From NCBI GenBank assembly GCA_034420855.1, contig DAOUKX010000016.1, forward strand, positions 1 through 58,126: DNA of 58,126 nucleotides. Reading direction: 5' to 3'. Under the pieces are notes generated by a model. The model did not search any database, had not been told where the DNA came from, and saw nothing but the letters and a program-made list of their open reading frames with translations. Source of the stretch: Dehalococcoidia bacterium (GTDB taxonomy: Bacteria > Chloroflexota > Dehalococcoidia > Lucifugimonadales > GCA-2712585). Made by a program: the position numbers and the translations under genes. This document shows, one piece after another, positions 1-10,352 of this stretch; position 1 is the first letter of the stretch; every line of letters starts with the position of its first letter.

Positions 1-214
1 TCCTGCGACTGCCGAAATCGTCTCTCGAACTGTCTCCGGAACCCCCTCAGACTCCCCTGACCATCAGATCAAGGCTCTTGCCACCAACTGATTCCCCCAC
101 CAACACATTTTCAGCGCCACCGCAGCCCATCTCTCCAGTTAGACGGTGGATCTGGGTGTCTAAGATTGGTGCTTCCCCCAAGTCTGTTGGATGATGGTGC
201 TATGACGAGGTGTG

Positions 215-1627
215 TCAGGGGAAGGGCCACCAGGCGGGGAAGTTGCGGAGGGGGAGGTGGCGGAACAGCCAGGGGTGCACATCCACCGCGATTTTCAGCG
301 CGGCTTCGGACACCTGCTGGATGGTGAAGTGGGCCTGTCGCTGGATCCGCAGCTTGAACAGGTGGAAGCACTCGCGGGCGTTCAGCTTCACCAGCGTCCG
401 ACGCCGGTGGGCGTGGGTGACGAGGTAGGGGGCGACTTGGGGCATGAACTGTTGCAAACGTCGGAATGCTGATTCCGACGTTTGCACCGCCTCGTTGAAG
501 CTGTCTGACAGCCCCGCCTCTTCGATTAGGGGCGGAATGACGGCGCCGTGCACCACAGTCAGGGGTTGGGGGAAATAGCTCTGCATCCGGTGGCGCTTGT
601 ACTCGCGGTAGGCCCCGTAGTCCATGACGAGCTCGAAGACGTAGTCGACGAGCTCAAACTCGCGCGGCAGAGGGTCGTGGGGGCCCAGATTACGGAGGCA
701 GCGGGCGATGATTTCGTGTCGGTCCTGGGGCGAAAGTCTTCGAGTGTGCTCGACAACCGACTCGTGGGACGCGTCGGAGAAGCGGTAGGCGAGGGCCGTC
801 GCCAGTGTCACGTCGGCATCGGGATCGTGGGACACCAGCCGGGCGTTTATTTTGCCCTCTGGAGACGATTCGACAGAGGGTGAAAGTTCTTCCTGCCACT
901 CCCTGGTGCCCGCTATGTAGGGGTTGAAGTCGGCGTACTTAACCAGCGTCGGCGTGATTTCGAGGCCCTTGTCCTTGAGCTCCTGGCCGAGTTCACGCTC
1001 CTCGGCAGTGGGGGAAGACAGCAGCTTGGAGACGGCGTGCTCCATGCTGCGGGCGTTCATGGTCATTCCCACGTTGGTTAGGGTGGCGGCGGGCAGGATG
1101 AAGCGACAGCTATCTATGGCTACGCGCCGGATTCGCAGGTTGAAGGCTCCGACGCGTTCGTTTTTGCGCCGTGGCTGCGCCTCCCGCAGGTGAGTCCGCA
1201 AGCCCTCCAGCAGGTCCTCGTAGGCTGTGAACAGGCTGCGGCAGGTATCGATATATAACGACCGCAGTTCGGCGGCGGCGTCCAACTCCTGGGGCACGTG
1301 GAAATAGTCGGACGGCATAATCTGAAAGCGGGAGGACTTCTCCGTGTAGGACGCGAGGCGGTTGTCCTCCAGGGTGTCGCAGGCGAGGCGCGACACGTTC
1401 TCCACGGCCAGATGGAGCACAGCGTGTTCCGCCACGGAGGCGTGGCCGTAGCCGAGGACCCACCGCTCGTGGAACCCGGCGGCGCGCTCCTGGCTGACCT
1501 GCGTGGCGATTTCGTCGAAGGGTTCGGGGCGGCGGGAGGTCATGGCGAAGACCACGGCCAACTGCTCCTCCGACAGGTCGCGAGGGCTCAGAGGGTAGAC
1601 GCGGCGAGGGTGGTCGGGCGGGTTCAT
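215..1627 (-). CDS. thyX: ThyX-family (flavin-dependent thymidylate synthase-like) protein with two tandem ThyX-like halves
   Basis: 470-aa ORF. The C-terminal half carries the ThyX signature 'YKRHRMQS' (RHRxxS). The N-terminal half is ThyX-like ('HASVAEHAVLHL...DNRLASYTEKSSRF') but RHR is replaced by DNR. 4-nt overlap with the upstream E2 gene. Confidence 0.7.
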   Translation of the reverse strand: MNPPDHPRRVYPLSPRDLSEEQLAVVFAMTSRRPEPFDEIATQVSQERAAGFHERWVLGYGHASVAEHAVLHLAVENVSRLACDTLEDNRLASYTEKSSRFQIMPSDYFHVPQELDAAAELRSLYIDTCRSLFTAYEDLLEGLRTHLREAQPRRKNERVGAFNLRIRRVAIDSCRFILPAATLTNVGMTMNARSMEHAVSKLLSSPTAEERELGQELKDKGLEITPTLVKYADFNPYIAGTREWQEELSPSVESSPEGKINARLVSHDPDADVTLATALAYRFSDASHESVVEHTRRLSPQDRHEIIARCLRNLGPHDPLPREFELVDYVFELVMDYGAYREYKRHRMQSYFPQPLTVVHGAVIPPLIEEAGLSDSFNEAVQTSESAFRRLQQFMPQVAPYLVTHAHRRRTLVKLNARECFHLFKLRIQRQAHFTIQQVSEAALKIAVDVHPWLFRHLPLRNFPAWWPFP

Positions 1628-2604
1628 GCCTTCAGGGTGTTGGGGTGTTCCAGCAGGCGTTTCACGTCGTGCAGGAACCGCGCCCCGCCGGCCCCGTCCA
1701 CCACTCGGTGGTCAATGGAAAGGGTCGCCTTCATCACCCGCGCGACGGTGATTTCGTGGTTCTTGACCACCGGCTTCTCCTTTACGGATCCGATGGCGAG
1801 CACGGCGGCGTTGGGGGGGTAGATAATCGCGGTGAACATATCCACGTCGTACATCCCCATGTTGCTGATGGCGAAGGTCCCGCCGGTGTACTCGCTGGCG
1901 GTAAGTGCGCCGCCGTGGGCCCGCTGGATGAGGTCCCGGCTGGCGTTGCTGATGTTCACCAGGTCCCGCTGCTGGCAGTCGGAGATGACGGGGATGATGA
2001 GCCCTTCGTCCAGCGCGACGGCAATGCCGATATTCACGTGGGGGCTGCTGATGAGGCGGTTGTCCTGGAAGTGGGAGTTGAAGGCGGGGTGCTTCTCGAT
2101 GGCGAGGGCGCAGGCCTTGATTATCATATCGTTGACGCTGACGCGGACTCCCTGGGGGAGCTCCTTGTTGAGCTCGCGTCGGAAGTCGGTGGCGCGGGTC
2201 ATGTCAATTTCGGTGGTCACGTAGAAGTGGGGGGCCTCCCGCATGCTGCGCGAGGTTCGGGCCGCGATGAGCCGTCGCATGGGGCTGAGGGCTTCAGAAT
2301 GTTCTTCGTCTTCGGCGGACGGGGAGACAGCTTCCTCGGGCCACTCTGCCGGCTCCGCTTCGTCGGCATGGATGACGCCGAGGGTCGCGCCCACGGGGAC
2401 TGATCTTCCGGCCGGGATGTGGATGCTTCCCAACGCGCCGCTGACGGGCGATTCCAGGTCTACGATGGCCTTGTCCGTCTCGATCTCGACGACGACCTCG
2501 CCCCGGGTGATGGGGTCGCCGGCGGCCTTCAACCATCGGACCACCCGGCCTTCCTCCATCTCCTCGTCCAGTTGAGGCATTTCAAGGTTTACGGCTGAGG
2601 GCAA
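1624..2604 (-). CDS. 2-oxoacid dehydrogenase E2 component (dihydrolipoamide acyltransferase), short form
   Basis: 326-aa ORF. Lipoyl-lysine motif 'VEIETDKAIVDLESP'. Catalytic core with 'SIDHRVVDGAGGARFL'. An acidic linker joins the lipoyl domain directly to the core. Confidence 0.85.
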   Translation of the reverse strand: MPSAVNLEMPQLDEEMEEGRVVRWLKAAGDPITRGEVVVEIETDKAIVDLESPVSGALGSIHIPAGRSVPVGATLGVIHADEAEPAEWPEEAVSPSAEDEEHSEALSPMRRLIAARTSRSMREAPHFYVTTEIDMTRATDFRRELNKELPQGVRVSVNDMIIKACALAIEKHPAFNSHFQDNRLISSPHVNIGIAVALDEGLIIPVISDCQQRDLVNISNASRDLIQRAHGGALTASEYTGGTFAISNMGMYDVDMFTAIIYPPNAAVLAIGSVKEKPVVKNHEITVARVMKATLSIDHRVVDGAGGARFLHDVKRLLEHPNTLKA

Positions 2605-2642
2605 ATTCTCCTCCAGGGGCGGATAGGGCGTTGGGTGGGCTT

Positions 2643-4037
<1,395 letters not shown>

Positions 4038-4070
4038 GGGGTCAGGCTCCTCCCCGGTTTTAACGGGACG

Positions 4071-4094
4071 ACAACAAAATCAGGTGCGCCTGAT
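4071..4094 (-). terminator. weak hairpin plus U-tract downstream of the AIPR gene
   Basis: The minus strand reads ATCAGG-CGCA-CCTGAT followed by TTTGTTGT. The stem is only 6 bp. Confidence 0.3.
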
Positions 4095-4128
4095 TATACC
4101 GAGGGTGGGGTTGGGGGGGAAGAGGGGG

Positions 4129-5922
4129 TTAGGTAGGGAGAGAAGTATTCAAGGACTGAAATATCTTGGGGTTGTTCTTCATCTCTTGTTCGCAGGCTTC
4201 CCATATTAGGTCGTTAGCAAATTTCCCCCCGTAATTTCTATTTCCCCTGAAGAAGTCCCTAGCTTCGAGTTGCATCTCTTGACCAACAATGAATGAGGCT
4301 CTGCCCATGGCCAATGAGCAAGAGTTATCTGATAGTCGATATATATCCGCAAACCAATTGTCAATGCTATCTGCCAGACGCAAGGAAAGCTGCGGAGTAA
4401 AGTATTCTGGTTTGGGTGCCTTGTAGTGTCTCCGCAATAGCCTAGCAATTATCCAAAGGATATGAAATGTGGAAAACCTAGTTGATGCGTCCTCCTTTTG
4501 GATGTACTGCAACAATCTCCATGGCAGAATGAGACTTGCGGCTCGGACATTGCCTGGGAATGCTTTTTCATAGTACTCGCGGTCCTCAGCAGAACGGATG
4601 CCATGAAAGACATAACGTACGCGGTCTAACGCAGTTGAAGGATCGCCAAGAAATGCTAATGATGCCTGAGCAAGGCCTTGAACATCAATAAGCCTTTTCC
4701 CTTTTGTTTCCCCTATCTGAAACTTCTTTCTATCTTTATCCTCGAGCACAAAGGTCCAATATCCTCTTTTTATTTCGTAATACCAGGGGGGTTGTAACCC
4801 GCCAAAGTCAGTCTGCAGATACAATTGCTTTTGGTCGAAGGATGTATAGTCCTTTGCTCTAAGGGCGGTTTGCGAATTAGAAGACACAGCTATGTTCTTA
4901 GCCATTGCTTCATTTGCTACTACTAACTTTAGATCCACGTAGGTTTCCCTGAGCTCGTCTTCAGATCGGGTGCTTAATGTAACAGTTGTTTGGCATCCAT
5001 TGACGATCTGGAAGTCGGTAATGGAGACGCTTCCATTGTCTCCATCGACTTTGAAGTCTTCGCAAGTAGCGCACATACCGTTATTCAGTAGGTGGAACAT
5101 GGCCCTGCCTTTAGGATCATCCAGTGTTTTCTTGATGCTCTTGTTTACTTTCGCATTCGCCAAAGGCCCTCTTGGGTTTAGAAGAAACAGCTTGAATTTG
5201 TTCTCTTTGAACACTCTGACTACTTCACTGGCAGGGACTGTTGCTCTCAATGATTTTAAGCCTGATTGGTCAACAATGTATGACCAGTTGCGCTCAATGT
5301 CTAAGATTACACTAGGTAGGTTGGTGGCAAGGGAGATGCGGTAATAAAAAAAGGACTCCGCCACGCTATTCAGATCTAGAAGCCTGAAAGAACATTGGAA
5401 TGACAGTTTCTTGTTGCCGGATAGCGAGGTGGCTGTCCGTTCAGTCGTGGTGCGAGATGCGGCAAAGGCATGTGCCGCAGGCGCAAAACCGCTTCTAGAA
5501 GCGAAGACCATGGATATGGCATATTCCTCTCTTAGCTTCTCGTCAAGCTCCCGGCTTAATTCCCGAGCTGCCTGGCTTTTGGACTTTGTCATCCTTTTTG
5601 CATTTAGCAACTCAATCGGCGATTCCCAGAACTTAGTAACTTTTGCTTCGCCAACCTTGGTCTTGCCCCCCACGGATTGGAAGAGGAATACTGTCTCGGA
5701 TTCCTCATCCACAAACCACCCGTCCACTTCCATGTCGCCTGGCTTATCGATTGCGGTCATCTCAATTACTTGCTCGTCCGACAGAGTAGGGTCAGGAGCC
5801 AACACTTGAAAAGCTGCGTGCCTGAAAGACTCTAGATCATCACCGCCATAGTGGGTGTGAGCAATTTCCTCAACGTGAGCCTTGAAATAACCTAATGCTA
5901 AGCTAGTATTCTTTTTGGGCAT
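4129..5922 (-). CDS. AIPR-family (abortive infection phage resistance-like) protein
   Basis: 597-aa ORF in a visibly AT-rich stretch. The central 'FQIVNGCQTTVTL' matches the NGxQT core I associate with the AIPR family (PF10592). The N-terminal 'DMEVDGWFVDEESETVFLFQS' block resembles a nuclease-like module. Assignment is from memory, not a search. Confidence 0.6.
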   Translation of the reverse strand: MPKKNTSLALGYFKAHVEEIAHTHYGGDDLESFRHAAFQVLAPDPTLSDEQVIEMTAIDKPGDMEVDGWFVDEESETVFLFQSVGGKTKVGEAKVTKFWESPIELLNAKRMTKSKSQAARELSRELDEKLREEYAISMVFASRSGFAPAAHAFAASRTTTERTATSLSGNKKLSFQCSFRLLDLNSVAESFFYYRISLATNLPSVILDIERNWSYIVDQSGLKSLRATVPASEVVRVFKENKFKLFLLNPRGPLANAKVNKSIKKTLDDPKGRAMFHLLNNGMCATCEDFKVDGDNGSVSITDFQIVNGCQTTVTLSTRSEDELRETYVDLKLVVANEAMAKNIAVSSNSQTALRAKDYTSFDQKQLYLQTDFGGLQPPWYYEIKRGYWTFVLEDKDRKKFQIGETKGKRLIDVQGLAQASLAFLGDPSTALDRVRYVFHGIRSAEDREYYEKAFPGNVRAASLILPWRLLQYIQKEDASTRFSTFHILWIIARLLRRHYKAPKPEYFTPQLSLRLADSIDNWFADIYRLSDNSCSLAMGRASFIVGQEMQLEARDFFRGNRNYGGKFANDLIWEACEQEMKNNPKIFQSLNTSLPT

Positions 5923-6048
5923 TTGGAGTCTCCTAAACCAATGATGACTTATTCATTCTAGCACAATTGATGTGCTTGGACTCGCATAAATCGAGGTGAA
6001 GCGCAATGACGCCTTATTCAGTGCGGGGGCTTGACAGTTCCTCACCCC

Positions 6049-6333
6049 TCACCAGCTGAAGTGGAGTGCAATGTGGCCGTCGCGCCAGGGGAGTTGGTGG
6101 ATCCAGGCGTCGATTTCGGCCTTGGCGTTGTCGGATAGGCTTTCTGAGGCGGCGTAGTCTTCGGCGAATTTCGACAGGGATTCGTGGGTGTATTCGGCAA
6201 TAATGTTTTCGGCTTCTGCGAGGCCCCAATGTGCTTCCCAGTAATTCTCGGCCAGGTACCATGCAAATTTTCGACATGTGCCCGTGGGTGAGTTCGAGTA
6301 GTCGAATCTAACTGTGCCAACGTCCAGTCCCAT
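6049..6333 (-). CDS. hypothetical 94-aa protein, co-oriented upstream of the AIPR gene
   Basis: ATG is preceded by GGGAGG about 7 nt upstream on the minus strand. Trp/acidic-rich sequence with no family recognised. Confidence 0.6.
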   Translation of the reverse strand: MGLDVGTVRFDYSNSPTGTCRKFAWYLAENYWEAHWGLAEAENIIAEYTHESLSKFAEDYAASESLSDNAKAEIDAWIHQLPWRDGHIALHFSW

Positions 6334-6592
6334 GACTAACCTCCCGTTTGAGTTGGACCGCGTATTCTATCGGACCCGACGGGGGTTTGGGAGGACCCTG
6401 GGCGGAGTTTCTGCAAACTCGTGACGATGCGAGGCTGCAAGTACAATATCTTGCGTATTTTCTTGCAACGTAGTACTCTATCTTGTAGCCGACAGAGACA
6501 AAGAAAGAACCCCAGCGCGGAAGGCACTGAGGCTCGGTGGGTACCTTTGGGACTTCAAGCTCCCCAATCGTACAACGAGCTATTACTTATGT

Positions 6593-6624
6593 CAACAGCC
6601 CCCGCCGACTGGCGGGGGCTGTTG
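6593..6624. other. perfect 14-bp stem hairpin in an intergenic region
   Basis: CAACAGCCCCCGCC-GACT-GGCGGGGGCTGTTG. There is no convincing U-tract on either strand and no adjacent convergent gene end. Confidence 0.5.
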
Positions 6625-6766
6625 TATTGGAACCCCGCTACAGCAGGGACTCCGAGGGCTGACTGCTGGATTATCACCCAGTAAACCCTTCGGGTCAAGC
6701 ATGGTGGCCTCTTTAGAGGGGTCGATGCACCGCCTGCCGTGGCGAGTCTATTAAGGAGGACTAGTG

Positions 6767-6988
6767 ATGGGTAGGAATCAACATGTTGTACCGCATCCCG
6801 ACGGCTGGGCCGTCAAGCCCGCTGGTGGCCAGCGCGCTTCCGCGGTGTTTAGCACACAGGCAGAGGCCATTGAGCGGGCTCGGGAGATTGCCATAAATCA
6901 AGAGTCCGAGTTGTTCATTCACAGACCTAATGGGCAGATTCGCGACCGCAATTCCTATGGCAACGACCCCTTCCCGCCTGAGGGCTAG
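6767..6988 (+). CDS. DUF2188-like small protein
   Basis: 'HVVPHPDGWAVKPAGGQRASAVFSTQAEAIERAREIA...IHRPNGQIRDRNSYGNDP' fits the DUF2188 pattern. AAGGAGG lies 7 nt upstream of the ATG at 6767; the ORF-track start is the GTG at 6764. Confidence 0.7.
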   Translation: MGRNQHVVPHPDGWAVKPAGGQRASAVFSTQAEAIERAREIAINQESELFIHRPNGQIRDRNSYGNDPFPPEG

Positions 6989-6993
6989 ATGTT

Positions 6994-7030
6994 AAGGGGA
7001 GGCTCAATCACGAGCCTCCCCTTTAATTTC
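6994..7030 (+). terminator. rho-independent terminator after the DUF2188 gene
   Basis: 12-bp perfect stem AAGGGGAGGCTC / GAGCCTCCCCTT, 6-nt loop, then TAATTTC. Confidence 0.6.
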
Positions 7031-7049
7031 AACTTGGAGTGAGCAAACG

Positions 7050-7418
7050 ATGAGTATGGGGGGGTTGGCCGCTAACCGGAGCGTCTTGAACGGTGCGTTG
7101 AATATGATGACACTTGCCCAATTGGAGCACCTGTATGAGGTCGAATCCGGAACGCTTCGCGACCTAGAGGCATTATGGTTTGGAGGCAGCTCGGATCATC
7201 AAGACGGCTTACTGAAGGAGTTGGAATTCATAGTGTTCCGAATCAAGGAACGGATGGAAATGTTGGAGACAGGCACCTCAGAAGGAGACCTCTACTTCGC
7301 ATGCATCAAGTGTGAGGTGGTTTTTGGCACAGAGATGGGTGTTGATTCCGTTTGTCCTGTTTGTGGCGGCATCAAATGGCTCAGACTCGTGAGGCGCAAA
7401 AATACTCCCAAATCCTAG
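7050..7418 (+). CDS. hypothetical protein with C-terminal zinc-ribbon
   Basis: 122 aa. 'CIKCEVVFG...CPVCGG' forms a CxxC...CxxC pair. GGAGTGAG lies upstream of the ATG. Confidence 0.55.
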   Translation: MSMGGLAANRSVLNGALNMMTLAQLEHLYEVESGTLRDLEALWFGGSSDHQDGLLKELEFIVFRIKERMEMLETGTSEGDLYFACIKCEVVFGTEMGVDSVCPVCGGIKWLRLVRRKNTPKS

Positions 7419-7488
7419 CCCAAGGTTTCCCGCTCAGAATGCCCCGGACAGCCCGTTGGGTGTGTTGCATATATAACTACGGAATTCG

Positions 7489-7518
7489 TTGACGCTGTGG
7501 AAAGCGCGGTGCTATAGT
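7489..7518 (+). promoter_or_regulatory. sigma70-like promoter candidate for the nuo operon
   Basis: TTGACG, 18-nt spacer, TATAGT, about 70 nt upstream of the nuoA ATG. Confidence 0.45.
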
Positions 7519-7586
7519 TTATTCCGGTGATAGGCCTCTACTGGTGACAGGCCGCAACCTCTGCGCCTTCCGTATTAAGGAGAGAA

Positions 7587-7955
7587 ATGCCGGAAGCCCT
7601 GGCGGAAAACTGGCTGGCCCTGCTCTTTGCGGGCATCATCGCCTTTGTGGCCATCGCCATCATGTTCGCCGCATCCTTCCTCATCTCCTCCAAGAGGAAG
7701 TCCGACATCAAGACAACTCCCTACGAGTGCGGCATTCCGCCCGCTCCCTACGCCTTCTCGCAGATAAACATCCGCTACTACATCTTTGCGATCCTCTTCC
7801 TCATATTCGACGTAGAGGCCGTGTTCCTCTTTCCCTGGGCGGTGGTGTTCATTGGCAGCAACATCGCCTTCTACGCCATGATGATATTCCTGGCGGTACT
7901 CTTCTTTGCCATCCTGTACGGGTGGAAGAAAGGAGTCCTTGAATGGCGGAGGTAA
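7587..7955 (+). CDS. nuoA: NADH-quinone oxidoreductase subunit A
   Basis: 122 aa, 3 TM segments, 'YECGIPP...[15 protein letters not shown]'. Confidence 0.9.
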   Translation: MPEALAENWLALLFAGIIAFVAIAIMFAASFLISSKRKSDIKTTPYECGIPPAPYAFSQINIRYYIFAILFLIFDVEAVFLFPWAVVFIGSNIAFYAMMIFLAVLFFAILYGWKKGVLEWRR

Positions 7956-8467
7956 AACCCAATACCGGCAACCTGCCGGGCCCGAACCTCCTTAACAAAG
8001 GCATGCCGGGCGTCATAACCGCCCAATCGGAGCAGCTATTCGCCATGGCGCGAAAGTCGTCGCTCTGGACGATGACCTTCGGGCTTGCCTGCTGCGCCAT
8101 CGAAATGATGTCCACCTACATGGCCCACCACGACTTCGACAGGTTCGGCGTCGTGACGTGGCCTTCGCCGCGGCAGTCCGACGTGATGATTGTCGCCGGC
8201 ACGGTGGTGAAAAAGATGGCAGACCCCATCCGGCTGCTCTACGAGCAGATGCCGGAGCCCAAGTGGGTGATAGCCATGGGCAGCTGCGCCACCAACGGCG
8301 GGCCCTACTATCGCTCCTACTCCGTGGTGATGGGCGTGGACCACATTGTGCCGGTGGACGTGTACGTGCCCGGCTGTCCGCCTCGACCGGAGGCGCTGAT
8401 GCAGGGCATCCTGAAGCTCCAGGAGAAGATAATGCAGGACGCGAAGGGTGAACCGGCGCGCAGCTAG
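7943..8467 (+). CDS. nuoB: NADH-quinone oxidoreductase subunit B
   Basis: '[10 protein letters not shown]', '[10 protein letters not shown]' and 'GCPPRPE' are the N2 cluster ligand motifs. Confidence 0.95.
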   Translation: MAEVKPNTGNLPGPNLLNKGMPGVITAQSEQLFAMARKSSLWTMTFGLACCAIEMMSTYMAHHDFDRFGVVTWPSPRQSDVMIVAGTVVKKMADPIRLLYEQMPEPKWVIAMGSCATNGGPYYRSYSVVMGVDHIVPVDVYVPGCPPRPEALMQGILKLQEKIMQDAKGEPARS

Positions 8468-8972
8468 GGGCAGGGCCGAGCCCGAACCCGTCGACGAGAT
8501 GGCGGCCCTTTCGCCAGAGGGCCGTCGCATTTTGGACGTGGTGACGGAAGCCCTCGGCGACCGGAAGGTGGAGACCGGCGCAGTCCAGGACAGGCCGCGC
8601 ATCTCCATCGAATCGTCGGAGATAGCGGAGGTGTGCGAGACGCTGAAGACGAACCCCGACACTGCCTTCAGGACGCTGCTGTGCGTCGCCGCCGTGGACT
8701 ACAAGGAATATATACAGATGGTGTACCTGCTCCACTCCAGCAAGGAGGAGCAGACGCTGGCCATCAAGACGGACCTGCCCTACGAGAACCCCAGCCTGCC
8801 GACGATAACGTCGGTGTGGCGGGCCGCCGACTGGTACGAGCGGGAGGCCCACGACCTGTTCGGCGTTGTGTTCGAAGGCCACCCCGACCTTTCGCCCCTG
8901 CTTCTGTACGAGGGGTTCGAGGGGCATCCCGGACTGAAGGAGTTTCCCTTCCACGACTATGACGAGTACTAA
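8448..8972 (+). CDS. nuoC: NADH-quinone oxidoreductase subunit C
   Basis: 30-kDa subunit pattern '[24 protein letters not shown]'. GTG start from the ORF track; the start is uncertain and an ATG at 8499 is possible. Confidence 0.85.
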   Translation: MNRRAARGRAEPEPVDEMAALSPEGRRILDVVTEALGDRKVETGAVQDRPRISIESSEIAEVCETLKTNPDTAFRTLLCVAAVDYKEYIQMVYLLHSSKEEQTLAIKTDLPYENPSLPTITSVWRAADWYEREAHDLFGVVFEGHPDLSPLLLYEGFEGHPGLKEFPFHDYDEY

Positions 8973-9243
8973 TTCTTCAAAGTCTCTGGTGCTTCGCGGC
9001 AGCGTCATCAGCCATGAGGGCGTATTTCATGGCTCCATCGACGGTCTGCCCCTGTTCTCTCACGGCGAAACGCTGGAAGAGGCGGAAAGCAAGCTGGTGC
9101 GCAAGCTGCGCAGTTGGGCAGAGGAACGGGAAGAGAAGGGGATGCTGGAGAAGGAGTTGATGGACGCCGGCTTCGAGAACGTCAACGAGAATACGGAGAT
9201 CGTGCTGGCGCTGAATTGCGAGGACGGCGAAGCGCAGTCATGA
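8959..9243 (+). CDS. small 94-aa protein inserted between nuoC and nuoD, weak HicB/UPF0150-like pattern
   Basis: The ATG overlaps the end of nuoC and the stop forms ATGA with the nuoD start. GC3-rich codon usage. 'GVFHGSIDGLPLFSHGETLEEAESKLVRKLRSW' resembles the 'G.y.a.vp.lPGc.s.GeTleEA' HicB-like core by eye. Confidence 0.6.
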   Translation: MTSTNSSKSLVLRGSVISHEGVFHGSIDGLPLFSHGETLEEAESKLVRKLRSWAEEREEKGMLEKELMDAGFENVNENTEIVLALNCEDGEAQS

Positions 9244-10352
9244 CCATGCTGAATGAAGGCCAGCAAGTAGACCTGCTGATGAACATGGGGCCGCAGCACC
9301 CCAGCACCCACGGCGTGTTCCGTATGCTGCTGCGGGTGGACGGGGAGGTTGTGGTCGACGCCGAGCCGCACATCGGCTACCTGCACCGGGGGTCGGAGAA
9401 GCTGGCTGAGGGGGAGCAGTACCACCAGGTGGTGACCCTCTTCGACAGGATGGACTACATCAGCAATTTCAACAACGAGTGGGTCTTCTGTCGCGCAGTG
9501 GAGAAGCTGATGGGCGCGGAGGTGCCGGAGCGCGCCGAGTACATCCGGGTGATTCTGGGGGAGTTGAACCGCATCGCCAGCCACCTGCTGTTCCTGGGGA
9601 CTTTCGGCCTGGACGCCGGCGCGATGACGCCGGTGATGTTCGCCTTCCGGGGGCGTGAGCGGATTCAGGCGCTGTTCGAAGGGGTCAGCGGCGCCCGCAT
9701 GATGCACAACTACGTCCACGTGGGAGGCGTGAAGGAGGACGTGCCCAAGAACTTCAAGGAGATGATGGCGGAGCTTATGAAGGACCTGCGCGCCGACGTG
9801 GAGGAGTGCGACAGGCTGTTGAGCTTCAACGAGGTTTTCGTGGCGCGGTCCAAGGACATCGGCGCCATTGACTTGGACACGGCCATCGACTTCGGCTGGA
9901 CGGGCCCCTGTCTCCGCGCCTGCGGCATGGAGTACGACGTTCGCCGGGCCGAGCCTTATTCCATTTACGACAAATTTGACTTCGACGTTCCCGTGGGCCG
10001 CGACGGGGACTGTTGGGACAGGTACTTCGTCCGCGTTCTGGAGATGTACGAGTCGCTGCGCATCATAGATCAGGCACTGGAGGGGATGCCGGAGGGAGAG
10101 GTCAACTCCGTTGGCGGTCGCCTCATCCGACCGCCCAAGGGGGACGTTTACGTGCGGGCCGAAAATCCGCGCGGCGAGATCGGTGTCTACCTGGTCAGCG
10201 ACGGCACGGACAAGCCCTACCGGGTGAAAGTTCGGCCGCCATCTTTCTGCAACCTGAGCGCCCTGCGTCTACTGGTGCAGGACTCCTACATCGCTGACGC
10301 GGTGGTAATTCTGGGTTCCCTGGACATCGTTCTCGGCGAGGTGGACCGGTGA
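9240..10352 (+). CDS. nuoD: NADH-quinone oxidoreductase subunit D
   Basis: 'MNMGPQHPSTHGVFR' lies near the N-terminus and 'GSLDIVLGEVDR' at the C-terminus. Start moved from the ORF-track 9114 to the in-frame ATG at 9240. Confidence 0.9.
   Translation: MTMLNEGQQVDLLMNMGPQHPSTHGVFRMLLRVDGEVVVDAEPHIGYLHRGSEKLAEGEQYHQVVTLFDRMDYISNFNNEWVFCRAVEKLMGAEVPERAEYIRVILGELNRIASHLLFLGTFGLDAGAMTPVMFAFRGRERIQALFEGVSGARMMHNYVHVGGVKEDVPKNFKEMMAELMKDLRADVEECDRLLSFNEVFVARSKDIGAIDLDTAIDFGWTGPCLRACGMEYDVRRAEPYSIYDKFDFDVPVGRDGDCWDRYFVRVLEMYESLRIIDQALEGMPEGEVNSVGGRLIRPPKGDVYVRAENPRGEIGVYLVSDGTDKPYRVKVRPPSFCNLSALRLLVQDSYIADAVVILGSLDIVLGEVDR

Noticed and set aside
8013-9008. Long antisense or out-of-frame ORFs opposite well-supported genes. 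Examples: 8013-9008(-), 10358-11839(-), 40914-42167(+), 44229-45416(+), 46701-47801(+), 55585-56613(-), 34434-35117(-).
   Set aside because: They overlap genes with clear family motifs. Their translations are Arg/Pro/Gly/His-rich low-complexity strings typical of stop-codon-poor shadow frames in high-GC DNA, and they have no recognisable motifs or RBS.
9114-9239. N-terminal extension of the nuoD ORF (ORF track 9114-10352).
   Set aside because: The extension overlaps the small nuoC-nuoD ORF in another frame and translates to Gly/Arg-rich filler. The conserved NuoD N-terminus begins at the ATG at 9240, which forms ATGA with the upstream stop.
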